Shown here: one piece after another, positions 15,001 through 30,000 of the stretch
Numbering within the stretch: the first letter of the stretch is position 1
Layout of the letters: each line of letters opens with the position of its first letter
From: Thalia democratica
Taxonomy: Eukaryota
Reading direction: 5' to 3'
Assembly: GCA_965202585.1 (NCBI GenBank)
Contig: OZ241826.1
Span: 73,222,001-73,286,000, forward strand
DNA: 64,000 nt
Program-made: the position numbers and the translations under genes
Notes under the pieces: model-generated
Told to the model about the DNA's origin: nothing
What the model saw: the letters and a program-made list of their open reading frames with translations, nothing else
Databases searched by the model: none

Positions 15001-18000
15001 ACATTAAATTTCTTTTTTCGTATTACCAAGTATTTGTTTTAATATCTTATTTCGTATTATTGTTTAGTATTACCGTAAAATTTTTTCAACACTTGCAAAT
15101 AAAAGAACCTGATGTGCACTGTTCGCAATCTTCAATTTTTTTGTTTTCATACGATGGACTGAATGACCCTGGTGGGCAAGATTCCTTGTCAAGCGTTCCC
15201 TTTTCACAGTAATGACCAGGTCTATAAATACAAAAAGTATTAACTATAGAATGTAAATAAAATACGTATGTTATAATTTTTTTATTTATTAATTTATAAT
15301 TTCAATTTTTTTTCATTACTTAAAAACCTTTTTTTTTAACTTGACAAATATGCTATCTTATTTATAGATAATAGCTTAAACAACCTCATGTTATTTTATT
15401 TTTTCACTGACTATTTTATATAACTTTAAACTAGCAATAACAACTTGTACTATACTTAACTTAAGTTTAGAACTACTTAAAGCTTTTACTCATAGCTATT
15501 TTTTTCATTTCTTACAAAAACTAAACAAGGCAGAAAAGATAGACGGTGCCAAAAATCAAACCAACAAAACAGTTTTGTTAAAAAGTATTGTTTAGTCCTA
15601 AGTTCGATAATTTCAACATAAAGCAATTTTAGCTAAATGAAAAAAAGTGTTTAACTAAAACAAACTATCAAAAATATTAAAAGTTATGTGCGGAATGCTG
15701 ATATTAATCACTAAATCTTATTTTAAAAATAGTTTTATTGGAATAGTTTATTCACAAAATGTACCAATTACTTCACAAACACCATTCATAATTTTTTCAG
15801 TGCAAGCAGTTTGTTTAAATACTTGTTTATGTATTTAACTTTACCTTTAATAATTTAGTGAGCAAACTTAGAATTTCAAAAAGTATTTCAAGCAGTAATG
15901 AAAATTATACATTACACAAAAGTTTTGTATATAGTTTTTAATTCAAAACTATACAACTTTTATCAAAACAAATTGACTCTTAGATTAGCATGCTCGTGGA
16001 CTGATAAAAACAAAGTTATCTAAAATTCTAAATAATATACCAACACTTAATCGGAGGTATATCAAAAAAAATACAGTAATGTTGTTAGACGAAATGAAAA
16101 GAAACAAACGGGCAAATGTTTCCAGTTACTCCGTCGGTAGGAGTGGAAGATGTTGCCCCACCGACGCAGTAAAATCCTTCCTTGCACTTTCCTGACGTCA
16201 CCGTGCCTAAACCGGCAGTTTCACAAAACTCCCCTGTTTGATTAAAGTAAATAAAAAATTTTATCTTTATTAAAAAATACATACTTAATGATTAAAGATG
16301 ATAATATGTTTTTAAAGCTAATATAAAGTGTCTTTTTTTCCACGTAAAAAAACAAAAATTTAACCTGAAGGACACAGCACTGGTTGAGTGGACTTCGGAG
16401 GGCAATGGTATCCAATGGGACACTGACCTCCGACCGACGTCACGTCTTCTTCCGGTGGACACAGGCAAGAAGTCGCTATCAGAAAATTATAAACATTTTA
16501 ATTCATTCATATCGACATTTTACTAATACCTTATTAAATGAAGTTTGTGTGTGATTTCAAGTTAACTGTTTATAAAAATACAAGCTTATGTGAAAAGGAA
16601 ACAAGCTGTTTCTTGCAAACCTGCTGTGTTGTTGTAACTGCTCGGTGTGGACGAGTGTGAGCAGGTGAGGCAATACCACCCTTCCTCGCATTCCCCTACG
16701 GGCTCCAACAATCCCGTGTCGTTGCAGTACATCCCTGTGTAAAGATTTTAAATGAAAACTTGATGATTGTGTTGACGTGCTCTATAATACAAAGCAGATT
16801 TTTGTTTGAGCTGTGCGCTTTGATAAAGAAAGTCCTCATTTTTTGAAAGTTTAGAAATAAAAGAGCTGATACTCTTTGAAAAGTTTCAAAAATTTGATAT
16901 ATTTTAATGGAAGTTTTTTCGGTTCAGTTTAATTTTAAAGTTTTTATTTAAGCTTGTTTGAGAATAAACAGTTGTTACTTGGTTTAAAACAAACAAAATT
17001 CTTTCAAAACAGCATATTGTTTTATTTAGATTATTTACTTTACAAAACTACTAAAGTATTTAAAAGTAAAAACGATTTCCACTTTTTGATACTTCTGAAC
17101 TAGTTTTACTAGCTGCTTATAATCAAACTAGCTCTTTGAAATAACGTTCTAATTAAAAATAAGCTAACAGTACCCGGGTCACAAGGCAAACATCCTCTCA
17201 CAGAAGTTTTCTGAGTGCCGTTGTTGAAAGTTCCGATGGGGCAGGGATGCTCGTACTCGTCTGACGTTCCTGCAAGGCAAAAGTGGCCAACTGGACACAC
17301 ATTCACAAACGGGTCCGACGTGTTTTCAGGACAGAAAAACCTGCATGTTTTTAGTAAAATTTTATTGCTGTTCATCCCACGTTTAGAAATAATTGTAAAA
17401 ACAATTTTTTTAAACAATTTAAAATAAACTTCGTTTCTAATATTATGAACCGAGTCGATGAAAGTAATTAAAGGATAATAGCTAAGATTATTTTTAGTAT
17501 TAACAAAACTAAGATTAAAATCATTTTAATTAGTTAAGTTTTTAATAAGTCTAACTAGTTCAAATAATAATCCTAACTCTATTTCTACTAAAATTCAAAT
17601 CATTCTATAATATAGTTTTTTTTTTGAAACTTTTATTCAAAACATTTTTGTATTTAATTTAAAAAACTGAGGTTATAGCTAACTTATTATTTATATAGAC
17701 TATCAGAAAGTTTCTAGTAGTATGTATAGTATTTAATTAGAAAACTGTATTATTTGTATTGTTCTTAACAAAAACGTTATCATAAGCTAACAAGTTATTT
17801 TAATATCTTTTTAGTAGCGTTTATGCATCTTTGGTTAATGGTTAAAATTATCAATTTAAACGAACCCAGCGGGGCACACGAAGCACTCGGTCTGCGCCGG
17901 CAGGTTGTTATAGTAACCGACGTCGCATGACAGGGGCTGGGACGTCCCGTTGGGGCACCTGTACCCCGTCGGACACGGACCACCGGTGTCGTCAGGGACG

Positions 18001-21000
18001 GGGTTGTCAGGGTTGATTGCACCCAGCGTGCAGTAGTACCCTCCGTAGCAGTCCCCGCTCGGCTCTGTAAGGCCCTCAGTTTGACAGTACTTTCCTGGAT
18101 CACACTTCGCACATTCATCCTGTATTGTTATTTTATAGTATACGAAAGTACTTATATTTGTGAGTCAGGTCTAGCCGTCGCAAACCTTTGACTTTCTACC
18201 GGTCTGGTTGGAGTATGTGCCCTTTTCGCAAGGTTGCTCGATCGGAGTACCCTCGGGACAATAGAAGCCTTCTGAACACAAACCGTTGTAACCTGTCGTA
18301 CAAAAGTTTTTTTTTGTAAAAGGAAATAAATCTAACTGAATTAGCGCTTTGATTAATAATTAAAAGGCAATATTTAACATTTTTTAATTATATATAAGTT
18401 GTATCTCAATGTTTATACTAAAGCAAAAACTACAATTAGTTGTGTAAAAGAGTGCATATTTTAGTATTTATATGCTTTACTAACATATTTTTATAATTGA
18501 AAAATATCAAGATAATAACTTAACATAGACTTTTTTATTATAATTGATTTAGATAAACTTAAAGAGTTTTTTTTTTTTTGATTTATAACTCTTCAATTCT
18601 AATGTCCTTAAAAAGTTAAAAACAATTATGTAGTTAAACTTGTAATAGAAGTTTAAATTTAAACTTTACAAATGTATCGAGGAAAAAGAAACAGTATAAA
18701 TAAATTCAGTTGTCTAATGCAATACAAAGTTTTTTAACATAAAAACAAACCATCGTCGGGCGGAGTCTTAGAAGAACTTCCGTTGGAGCAGTAAAACCCG
18801 GCCGAGCACATTCCGACCGGCCCCGTGAGCTTTGTTGCGTCACAGTACATTCCCGCGTCGCAATCCTGACAATCGTCTTCCGATTCCAGTCGTTCCGAGC
18901 TTCCGTAAGTTCCCATCGGGCACTCGGGAATGACCGCTCCGGTCCCGATCGGACAAAAATACCCTATTATTTTATTGAAAGTTTATGTTAAGTATTAAAA
19001 ATATTTTTTGTATTTTTTATAAGATTGAAAGATTTTATTTTTCTTAATTGAAAGTTTATTGTCCTACGCTGGACCCAGGAATCAAAACTTAGGCCACTTA
19101 TACTAAAAGAAAGATTAAGAAGAGACGAAAAATTATAAATAATTCAAAATATTTATATTGTTTAAAATCGTAAAACATAATTTAATTAATTAACTGATAT
19201 GTTCTAAAATATATTAAACCGCTAACCTAACGGGCAATCTTCAATGCTACTGCTACCCGTGCAAAAGTGTCCTGGTTCACACGGCTTGCACGAATCTGCA
19301 TTCATATCTAGGTTGTAACTTCCCTCCTCGCACAGTATCGGTGCCGGGGATCCACCTTCACAGTAACTGCCCACAGAGCAGTCTTGTTCGGTAGGTGACG
19401 TGCTTCCAAGCGGGCAATAGTATCTGGTAAATGTATTATTGATAAATTAACTTTTTTTTATTTTAGAAGTATACTAACTTAAAACTAAAGAAGATTTATT
19501 TAGAATTATTTACAATTGTGTAAAACTAATTAGATTTTTTTTTGTTTCTAAGTATTTATTGGCTTTTCTAAACGCTTTATTAAAAAAACGATCTGTTTTT
19601 ATTCAACAAATAATTTTCAGTTACTTGGGATCGCAGGGTCCAGTAGGTTTTTCTAGTTTGCTGGTTTCGCAGTAATATCCTGGAGTACACTTTTCACAGT
19701 CGTCCTCAGACTTCTGAGCCGTTTTGTTGTTGAAAGTACCCGAAGGACAGTCTTCGGGCTTCAGGCAACCTGGGAAATAATATATTATGAAAATTTTGTT
19801 AAACCGAACTTAATCACACATTTATAAAGTTGATTATAAAACGTTTCTTGCTTTAGCTTTTAAACAAGATACAAATATAATTAAATTTAAAATTAGTTTT
19901 TAAAGAGGTTTTACACTTAATATGAAAAATGAAATATAATCTGCATTATTTTTTTACACTGGGATTTAATATTAATTTTTTAAACGAATCAGAAAAAGTT
20001 ATTTCAGTACTTCTCAAGTTATAAAATCTTCTAAACACTGTCTTATGTAGATTTACACAACAATTGAAATCAAAATAATGGCTCAAATTTTTTTTTAGAC
20101 ACGATGTTTATTAACTTTGGACAGAAACATTATTTAAATCAACTATTTTTAAAGTATAGTCAATATACTTACGTTATTCAATAGACTTATTTAAGCTAAA
20201 TTATATAAACAAATATTTTTGCAATTTATAATACTAACCACTTGTGCAGTATTGTCCAACTGGACATTCTGTTCCAGTTATCCCGTCGTTAGGTGTCGCA
20301 ATTTCTGCACCACTGACACACCAAAAACCTGCTTCGCAATCGTACAACGGTGCCAACACTAAAAAAACAATATACTTGGAGATTCAATACCAGCATGTTG
20401 TAGCAAGGGCTTAACAGTGAAGCCAACTAAAACTTAAATTAAACGTTTAAACTTTTATTATACTGAAATTCGTGAAGATGATTAAACTTTTTTTAAAGCT
20501 CATTTTTCGACAAAAACATTAAAAATATATAATATGAACAAAACAAACAATCGACAGAAGTAAGTCCTTCGACGCCGCAAAACTTCCCAGCCGGGCACAA
20601 GTCGCAATCATCAGCACTTTCCAACTGGGTTTTGTCTCCGTACCTACCCACGGGGCACAAGTTGCTGGTTGGTGAAGTTGTGCCAACCGGGCAGTAGCTC
20701 CCAAGAGGGCACGGGTACAAAGCGAAGTCTGTTATCGGTCCGTCAGCCTTGCTGCAGTAGAAGCCTTTAAAAGTCATTCGATTGTGTTACCATAAATATA
20801 AGGTTTTATTTGATTAAACTAAAGAAAGCTTAGATTTGTTTAAACTGTACTTTGCAAAAAAAAATACCAGCGTCACATGGCAAGCAGCTGTCCGATGCGT
20901 TGTTGGGTTGATAGAACCCAGATTCACACAGTTTCTGAGTTGGGGAAGCACCGGGGCAGTAGTAACCCGCGTCGCACTCAACTTCGTCCCCCTGAATTGA

Positions 21001-24000
21001 ACCGGGTGGACAGTAATATCCTGAGTTTTTTTATGATTTAAGAGTAATTCAACTGCCGTTAAGACTCTTAAACTTTGAAAACTGTTATTTTTCTACAAAA
21101 TAATAGTTTTTAGCTTAAAATAACAATTTTTATTATAAAATCTTTTATCAATTACTAACTATGCTTAAACTACACTTTTTTCGATTTAAAATATAATATT
21201 GTGATTCTAATCTAACACGAGATAATCTTATTTGCAATAAGTTATATTACTTTCATACAATGTTCATAAATCTTTTATGACCGACAAAAAAAGTACGGAC
21301 ACTTAGTTCAAGAAATATGACAAATATCGAAGTTTAAACAAACTGATTTATTTAGTTTTATTGAGTTATAGTTTCCATAATAGTTTTTACCTGGATAACA
21401 CTCATCTTTTGGATAAGTTTGGTTGACTCCCGGGCAATAAAAGCCTGCGGTGCAATCCTTGCATTGTGACGAATATTCAAAACCTGTGCCGTTCCCATAA
21501 GTCCCTGCTTTACATGGTTTCGGATTAGGTGTTCCTTCAGCTGTAATGGTTTGTTTTATATAACTAAAATTTTGTTGTTGACTGAAAAGTTGTTTAAAAT
21601 ACTTTAAGTGTGTAAAATAAACGTTTTCAATAAACTTTAAGTCAGTTATAATAGTTGATAGCTAATAAAATTTTGGTCAAAAACATTTGTTTGAAATTTT
21701 TTTTTAAAGTTCAACTTACGGCAATAGAATCCGGCTGGACACTGGTATCCGGTAACACCGTCAACAGGCTTGCTTGTCACGGCTGCTGACTCGCAGTAAT
21801 AACCACCAGAACACTTCTTTGTTGGCACAGAAATTCCTACAAGATGAGTGTAAATAACTGATTTTGCAAACTTTATTGAGTATTACAGTGTTTGATTTAT
21901 AAAACATTTTTTACCAAAAGCCCAACTAAAATAAAAGTCTTTTTTTAAACAGTTTTTGTTGATAATACGTATTCTAATATTAATTTTTCAATTTTTTTTA
22001 TTTAATAAAACAAGTCTTAACATAGAATCAAGAAATTATTAAAATTCAAAAAATGTTTATAATAACTTGTATCATACACTTAATTTTTTTTATAAAACCT
22101 TTAAAAGAAGATTGTGGTTTTACTCAAATCCAACTAAGTTTTACTGTTTTTTAGTAAATTAAATAAAGTTGACCTCTGTACTTTTGTAAGATCAAAAAAT
22201 AAATACAAACGAAAGAATATCAGTTAACTAATCTTAGTTATAATTTCTTAATTAAGTCTTCTGCTGAACTTTTCTTAAATATCATATAACTACTAAGATT
22301 TTTCAAATAAAGGTTTTTTCACCAAAAATCCAATAACTTGCATTTTAAAAATACGCATACTTTCACTTTTACAACTAAATAGTTCACGCACTGACCTTGC
22401 GTGTCGCAGTAAAATCCGCTCGAACAAGGCACGGGGTAGCCGGTGTTTTCCGGGCAGAAGTAGCCGACGGGGCACACGCCAGATGTGACGTTGGGCGAGC
22501 AAGTGCAGCTTTCCGACGAGAGGTCGGTGTAGTTGGTTGTCGTGCTCGCAGGCGTGCTTTCCCTCGCCCCGCTGATGCAAAAGTGTCCTGTATTGAAAAT
22601 TTAACTCAAAGTATAGGCAATGTTCACTTTTACACTGTATAAAGTTAAATTTAATTTTTTTTTGTATGATATAAACTTTTTTTTTATATCAAAGCCTAAT
22701 AAATTAACAATAACTCCATAACAAGCACTAAATTTAGTTTTTTTTTTTATAAAACTTCTTCAGATAAGTTTACAAGTTTTGTTTCCAGCTTTATCTACTT
22801 GCGCTTTAAAAATGCAAATAAAAAATGTTTGTAAGGGTTTTAAGTTTAGTTGTCGATAAAATCTTGCTTTAATACAAACCAGCTTCGCAAACTCCATCAA
22901 AAGTAGTGTTTCCATTTCCGAGACAATACTTTCCCATCTCACAAGGTTGGCAGTCCTCGACTCCTTTCGCCTGTTCCTTGTTTCCAAAAGTACCAGCAGG
23001 ACAAGGCGTCAGTTTGTAATCTTCCGTACCTTAAAAACATCAAAAATAAAAACATTATACACTTAATAATAAAAGTTACATTTAGTACTTGTCTCAACAC
23101 CATTTCAAGAACTTTTTCACCTTAACCATAACTAAAAAATGTTAATCTTTATGAAACCAAAACAAGGCAAACCTTCTTCGCAGTAATAGCCGGCCGGGCA
23201 AGGGTTCGTGGTGTAGTCGCGCACCCCGTACGGACAGTAGTAACCGGCGGGACACTTGTCGCAAGCGGACAGCCCGGTGGTGTTGCTGTACGTCCCCGAC
23301 GGGCAGTCTCTCGGCGCCGTTGTGCCTTCCGGGCAGTACTTACCTATTGGACATTCGTATCCTCCCTCTGTTTTGTTTGAAATAAATATTTTTGTCAAAT
23401 GACTTTTGTTTAAGATGATAGTTATGTTGTGTTAATAACATTTAGTTTGAACAAATATTTGTAGCTATTATTTTTTCTAGTTTTTTTTTAACTAATAACA
23501 ATTGCAATAAACAATTAAAATTAAAATCATTAGAATCTGTAAACTCACCATCAGGGCAATAAGTGTCGTTAACGTAGGTACCTGTAAAGTATTTAATATC
23601 AAGTTTTCAACCTAAAGAAAAAAAATTGCCGAAGCATATACCTAGCGGCGTAGGAAATTTGGAGCCTCCGCAACAGAAAAATCCAGCGCTGCAGTTCAAT
23701 GAAGGCGAACTTATGCCGTATACAGGGCAGTATTTACCAACTGAGCAAGGAATGCAATCATCTTTGGATTTACCACCCTCCTAATTTTTTACTTTGCATT
23801 TAAAATTAGAAACACTTAAAACCGGACAAAATGTTTACACTTTAATATCTCAAGACATAAGTTTTTGAAAATCTTAATTTTTTTTTACTAGTTTATAAGA
23901 TTAAACAACGACTGTTCATTATCAACATATCTTAACTGATAATAAACTTTAAAAAAAAAAAATTTTGTAAGTGTACCACCAAATTACATATGTCAAAAAC

Positions 24001-27000
24001 AATCGCACATAAGTTCACTAAAAGTTACACGTTACATTGTACACAAATAAACCGTCGGATTGAACGTTCCTGGCTCGCACTCTTCTTCTTCTGAGGTCTG
24101 CTCGGGACAGAAGTGGCCTGCGGGACAAATGTAACCGTCACCTGTGTGAGGCTGCGTACCTGGACTGCTCACGTTTACGCCTGATCTGTTAGAAGGTGTT
24201 GATGTTCGTATGAGTTTGTTTTATAAGAAAAACTAGTTACGCATACTTGCAAGTATATCCGGCTTCACAGGGTGTGACAAACGATGAATCCATGTTGAAA
24301 TCTCCACAGTAGTAGCCTGTTTAACAAAAGTTAGATAAATATTCATTTAACCTTACGACTTTTTCGCAAAAGCTTTCACTATAAAAAATATGATACTTTG
24401 TTACCGATCTAAATTGAAAAGTAGGTGACCATGACTTATAAAAATATATATAAATTAAAAACTTTTTAAGCCAGAAAAAAAAACTACTAGTTTAACCTGG
24501 TTCACACTGAGAACAATCGTCCAATGATTTGGCGCCTTCTTGGTCATTGTAGGTTCCAGGGGGGCACCTCTTCAAATCAACCCCGGTTCCCTCTGGACAA
24601 TAGTATCCCGGCAAACAAACCGTTTGGTTTGCTTCACCTGAAAATTAAAGCATCATGATTGTAGTATAACTTTGTGTGTTTAGTCACAAACAAAAATTAA
24701 GCTTTCCAAGTTAACTATAAAACTTTGTAATTAATTTGAGGATGTTCATAAGTTTTATTGACTACAAAATCAGTTAACACTATCATAAAATAAATACTGT
24801 TTACTTGCATTATTAATTTGTTTAAAAGGTTTTCTAAGTTATACTTGATGTACATCTATAAACTAAGTCTTTTTCGTAATTATTGTTGGTCCAAAAACCA
24901 AACTAATATATTCTGTACAATTATCGGTTAATTATTTATGTATGTTAAAGTTTTACCAATGTTTTTTTTTAATTTTTTTAGCATCAACCTTTACAGTAGA
25001 AGCCGGGCTCGCAAGTCAAACACTTGTCCCGCTTTTCCCGCTTGTTGTACGTTCCAGGTTCGCACATCTTCGGAAAGCTGGACCCTTCCGGGCAGTAGTA
25101 GCCCGCTGTACAGGCCCCTCCGTACGAAACAGCTCCCTCTGGTGTGCTTGACTGTGCGCGACCAGAACAATAATATCCTTTAGAGTTTTTTTGTTTTGTT
25201 TTGTCTTATATCTTTTAAATATATCACAGTACAAAAAATATACACAGAAGTATGACAGTATACATATATACAATTTTTTGTTATCAGATTTCATTTTGTT
25301 TTAAACATAAAGGAAGCGTGTATGCTTTAGCTTATACGGTATATTTAACAAAAATTACTGACCGGCTGAACATAGCTCGTTCGGTTCTTCCAACGCAGGC
25401 TCAGTACAAGCGTATCCAGGCTTGCAATCGACGCAATATGATTCGTTTTTACCATACGTTCCGTTATTATATGTACCTAAGATTAATTTTTCTGAATAAA
25501 TAATGAAAAATGATAAAAATATATGAGTTTGCTGAGCTTTACTTCTATAAAGCTAAAATGACAAGAACTAAATAACAGTCCTATTTCCGTTCAAAAGCCT
25601 GCTCAAAACCTACCAATTGCGCACTCGTTTTGGTAAGGGTCGTAAGTGCCCTTTTTGCAGTAATGTCCTGGTGGGCACGGTCCTCCCACAATTCCATCAG
25701 TGGGCGTCGGAGTGTCGCTGCCCTCCAAACAATAATACCCGGGTTCGCAACCCCCTGCCGGCTCTTCTAACCCCGTCTGCTCGTTTGAAATTTATTATAA
25801 CTTCAATCGCTTTAATTTAAGCATCTACTTTAAAGTTTAAAAAAATATTTATATTACTATCATCGTTCCTATAAATAAGAAATTGTTATACTTTAGAAAA
25901 TTAAACGAATACTTTATTTTAAACACATTAACATTGCTTGAACTACTTTCAAATGCATCTTAAGCTAGCAAACATAATAGTAACTGTTTTCAAATAAAAA
26001 ATAACATATCAAAAGGACGGTTCGAGAAACTTAAATAATTTTATTATAATAATATCAACATAATAGTTATTTTTATATAATCTCGTACCTGATTGCAAAA
26101 CATGCCAGGAGTGCAAAGATCGCAGTCGAACTCGCTCACTTGACCCGTCTCGCTGTTGAATGTTCCCTGAAATACTCCAACTATCATTTTTTGTTAGCTT
26201 TTTAAATTAATAAACTTACTAATACAAGCTGTTTTTACAAAAATATATTTTCTTATTTTATAAACTGTTTTGAAGTGAAAACGCAAAACATTTATTAAAA
26301 AAAATATTCTAATTATTGAGTTAAAAAAGGATTAAAGAACGTACTACTGGGCACTTTTTCGGATTTTGCGATCCCAACTTGCAGTAGTTGCCAGCCGGAC
26401 ACTCTTTCGTGTAGTTCATCCCCGGGTCGGGACAATAATCTCCTTCCTTACACACCAAACATTCCGAGAAGAAGTTGCCGGGCGTGTAGAACCCTGAAAA
26501 GAAAAGAAAAACTTTTTAAATGATTGTCATATAAAACATTTAGTCTTTGTTCGTAAGAGAGTTTAAAATCTCAAAATAGCTTGGTGTTTAAATGTTGATA
26601 TTCAGCTTGTTTCTTTTGTTTGAAGTCTTTGACATTAAAAAAAATAAAAACAGAAGGTTACTAACTTGAGTAGTTTTTCAAAACTTTAGTAAGTAAAAGA
26701 TAGCATTAATTTCAATATTTTCAATTGAAAATTCAATCTGACCGTGTAAAAGTCATAAGAAATCTTACCAGGAGAACAGACCATCTGGTCGCAGGAGCCC
26801 TCGGTGGCGAAGTAGCCCGGTTGGGCGGGATACTGGTCAGGGGTGCCAGACCCGCCGGTGCAGTAGTATCCGGCCGAACAATTTCCGAACGTTTCGCCGG
26901 AACAAAACTTACCGCACGGGCAGTCGATGCATTCGCTCGATGATGTGGCACCTTTTTGATGTGTTGATAGTATTAATAGTATACTTTTTTTATATTTTGT

Positions 27001-30000
27001 TTTTCTTTATAAGAAGTTTAATACCATTTTTTCAAAACAACTGTTCTGATTGCATTTAACTTAAATGATGATTAAAAAATGGTTTTTGTCTAAATCTAAA
27101 ACAAAGTTTATACCTTATGTAACTTTAAACTAAACAATAAAAGTTTAACATTATTTTAAATATCTAACTTTGAACTTCTACACAAATTACAATAATACTT
27201 TAAAAATAAATGTAAAAAAGCAATAGAAATTTACTACAACTGTTTGCACCTTACTAATTTAACATATAAGAAAACAATATTACCTTGGTGGTCAACAAAA
27301 TTTCCTTGCTCACAGCTTTTCGGATTAGAACTGCCTTTGGGGCAATAAAACCCGACAGGGCAAATATCTCCAATGGTGCCGTTCCTTGGATCCTGTTGGC
27401 AAGTTGTGTTCCTTATTTAGCAATAACTAGCTTTATTTCAGAGATATAATTGACCAAAGCGAGATATTTTTTTAATTTAAACTGCTACAAATGTTCAATA
27501 TTACGAGTATTAGATGTAACACTCACAGGTCTGTCGGATCCGCTGATGCAGTAGAATCCCTCCATGCACTGGTCGGTGGGACCTGTGTTCCCCCTGCCCT
27601 GACAGTAGTACCCGCCCGGGCACTCGCTGCATTCCGCCGACGTTCGAGCGTTCGTGTTGTTGTTGTAAGTTCCCGCGCTGCACAGCTCTTCTTTCAGCGC
27701 TCCCGGCTGACAGTAGCTTCCCTGAAGTTCATTACGAGCTTAATTAACACTTTTAACTGTAAGTATTAAGTGAAGTTTTTCAAAAGTTTTTTTAGAAATA
27801 AACGTCCTCAAAAATTTAAAACAAAACTATTTTGTATAGTGTTAAATATTTTATAAATTTAAAGTTATTTACATCAAATAAGTAGTTTTATTAAATTGCG
27901 ATTCTTCTTTGTTTTATAAAATATAGTTTTCTTGTTTTAATACTTACCGTAGGACAATCAATGGGGTCTGATGTGCCCGGGTCGGGGCAATAATATCCGG
28001 AAAGACATTTGGTGCAGCTCTCACTGGACACCGCCGCTGTCCCGTTCAAGAAAGTTCCTGCCGGACACGGGTACGAGTCAGAAGCAGCTGTCCTGTTCAA
28101 ACAGTAATATCCCGGAGGACACGGTCCAGCCTATAAAAAAACAATAAATTAAGCAAAAAGTATTGCAAAAATTGAAGAATTAAAAAGTCTAGATAAAAAA
28201 TCGAAGTTTTTTACTAGTGACTTAAATATATATATGTATCTGCAAAACATATATAGTGATTTTGCTTTGAGAACTGTTTACTATGCACAAACAAAAAAAA
28301 ATCAAAAGTTTTAATTTTTAGAATCAATTTAACTTACGGGTGCAGTTAGGTTTTGTACATCACAGTAAAATCCAGGCGGGCAGGACTCGCACTGACTCGG
28401 ATTTTCCAATCCTTCCTTGTCACTGAACGTACCTGGCTCACAAGGTTCTGGAACCTGATTTGTTTCGCATTTTTTCATAAATTTATCTCGATTAATTATA
28501 ATTTTTTACACCAAATTAGGCTTCTATTATTTCCATAATCAAATAAGTAAATGTTAGGACAAATGTTAGAAAATTAAAAAAATAATAATAAATTAAAGTC
28601 TTCAATCTAGTTTAAATTTTTTTTTTAAACTAACGCGCTTTGATACAGATAATTAAGCCGAAATTAATGAGAAAATACCTAAAAGTTGTAAATGTACAAA
28701 GTACCAAAACACAAACTTCTGTAGCCTTCCTGCAAAAGAAGCCGGCGGGGCAGGAGTTGTCGAGGAAGTTGGGGGAAGTGGAAGTCCCTTCCGGGCAGTA
28801 CATGCCGGCAGGGCACTCCTTGGTTATCAGGTCGGTTTCAGTGACCTCGTCAGTGTCACAGTACCTGCCGGGTTTGCACGGGGTGCATTCGTCTTGGCCA
28901 GAAGACTGTTGATTTGTATGGTTAAGTTGTTTGGTTTTCAAATATACCTTTTTAAAGTTTTACGTTTTGTAAAACTATGTTTTGAAAGTTATCAAAAAAA
29001 ATTGTATGTTTTTAGTTTAAAAAGACTAAGTGAAAAAACACATTTAACTTTTCTTTTTTTACTCTGTCTAAAATTTTCAATAATTCTGTTTGAAAACTAT
29101 TGGAAATCGTAGTATGTTTTTCTCATTCAAAAATGGGTAAACCAATAAAAGTCTATAGTTAATTGATAATTCTAAAACAACCGAAAAAGATCCAGCAAGG
29201 CACGATTGAGGATTTTCAGTTCCGTTATTTGGACAGTAGAACCCGGGTGGACAACTCAGACACGAAAGATCATTACCAGAACTCGTTTGATTGTTGTAAG
29301 TTCCGCTGTTTGTTTAAAATTCAATGTATTATGTAATAATCAAAAATTCTCTAAAAAAAATCAATGGTTGTGTACATTGAAAGATTTACTTCAATGTTCA
29401 GTTCTGTTGTGGTAGGTATTTATCTAGAAAGGCTCAATATTAACTTTCGTTCAATGTATTGTATTTAACTTATCAAAAACAAATTAAATTTTGTACATTT
29501 AAAATGAGTTAAAATTAAAACTAACACAACTATAAATTTTCTAAGAATTGTTTCTCGTACATTAAACGCTTTTTTAAAACTTTAAAACAATAACTCTGAT
29601 AAAATAATTTGTTTAAGTTGAAGATAGAACCTAGAATTTATCATCGACTTAATTTAAAAGCTTTAGATTTTTATTAGTTTATTCTGGTAAAAAGCAATAT
29701 AAATTGAGTGAATGCACATTTGAACAACCTGCTGTTTTATGTAATTTTAAACTAATAATATTTTTGATACAAGCAATTAAAAGGAGAAAGGTTATATACT
29801 TACGTCATAATAGTAGTTCACTACTACAAAATATAATAAAAATATAAAATGTTTAGAACTATCAAAAAATCAGTATCAGTCTTTATACAAACACTTCGAA
29901 GAGATCTTTCGTTTATTAGAAAAAAAAAAGCAATTTCAGTTCTTATTCAAATAGAATGAATAAGAATATTATTTGAATAAGAATTGAAAAAGTTTGTTAT

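Noticed and set aside
27393-27412. Upstream AAG acceptor for exon 28 (adding NTTCQQ)
   Set aside because: It needs phase 2, but the preceding exon ends in phase 0; the downstream aacag|GAT acceptor gives the repeat-consistent SDRP|DPRNGTIG.
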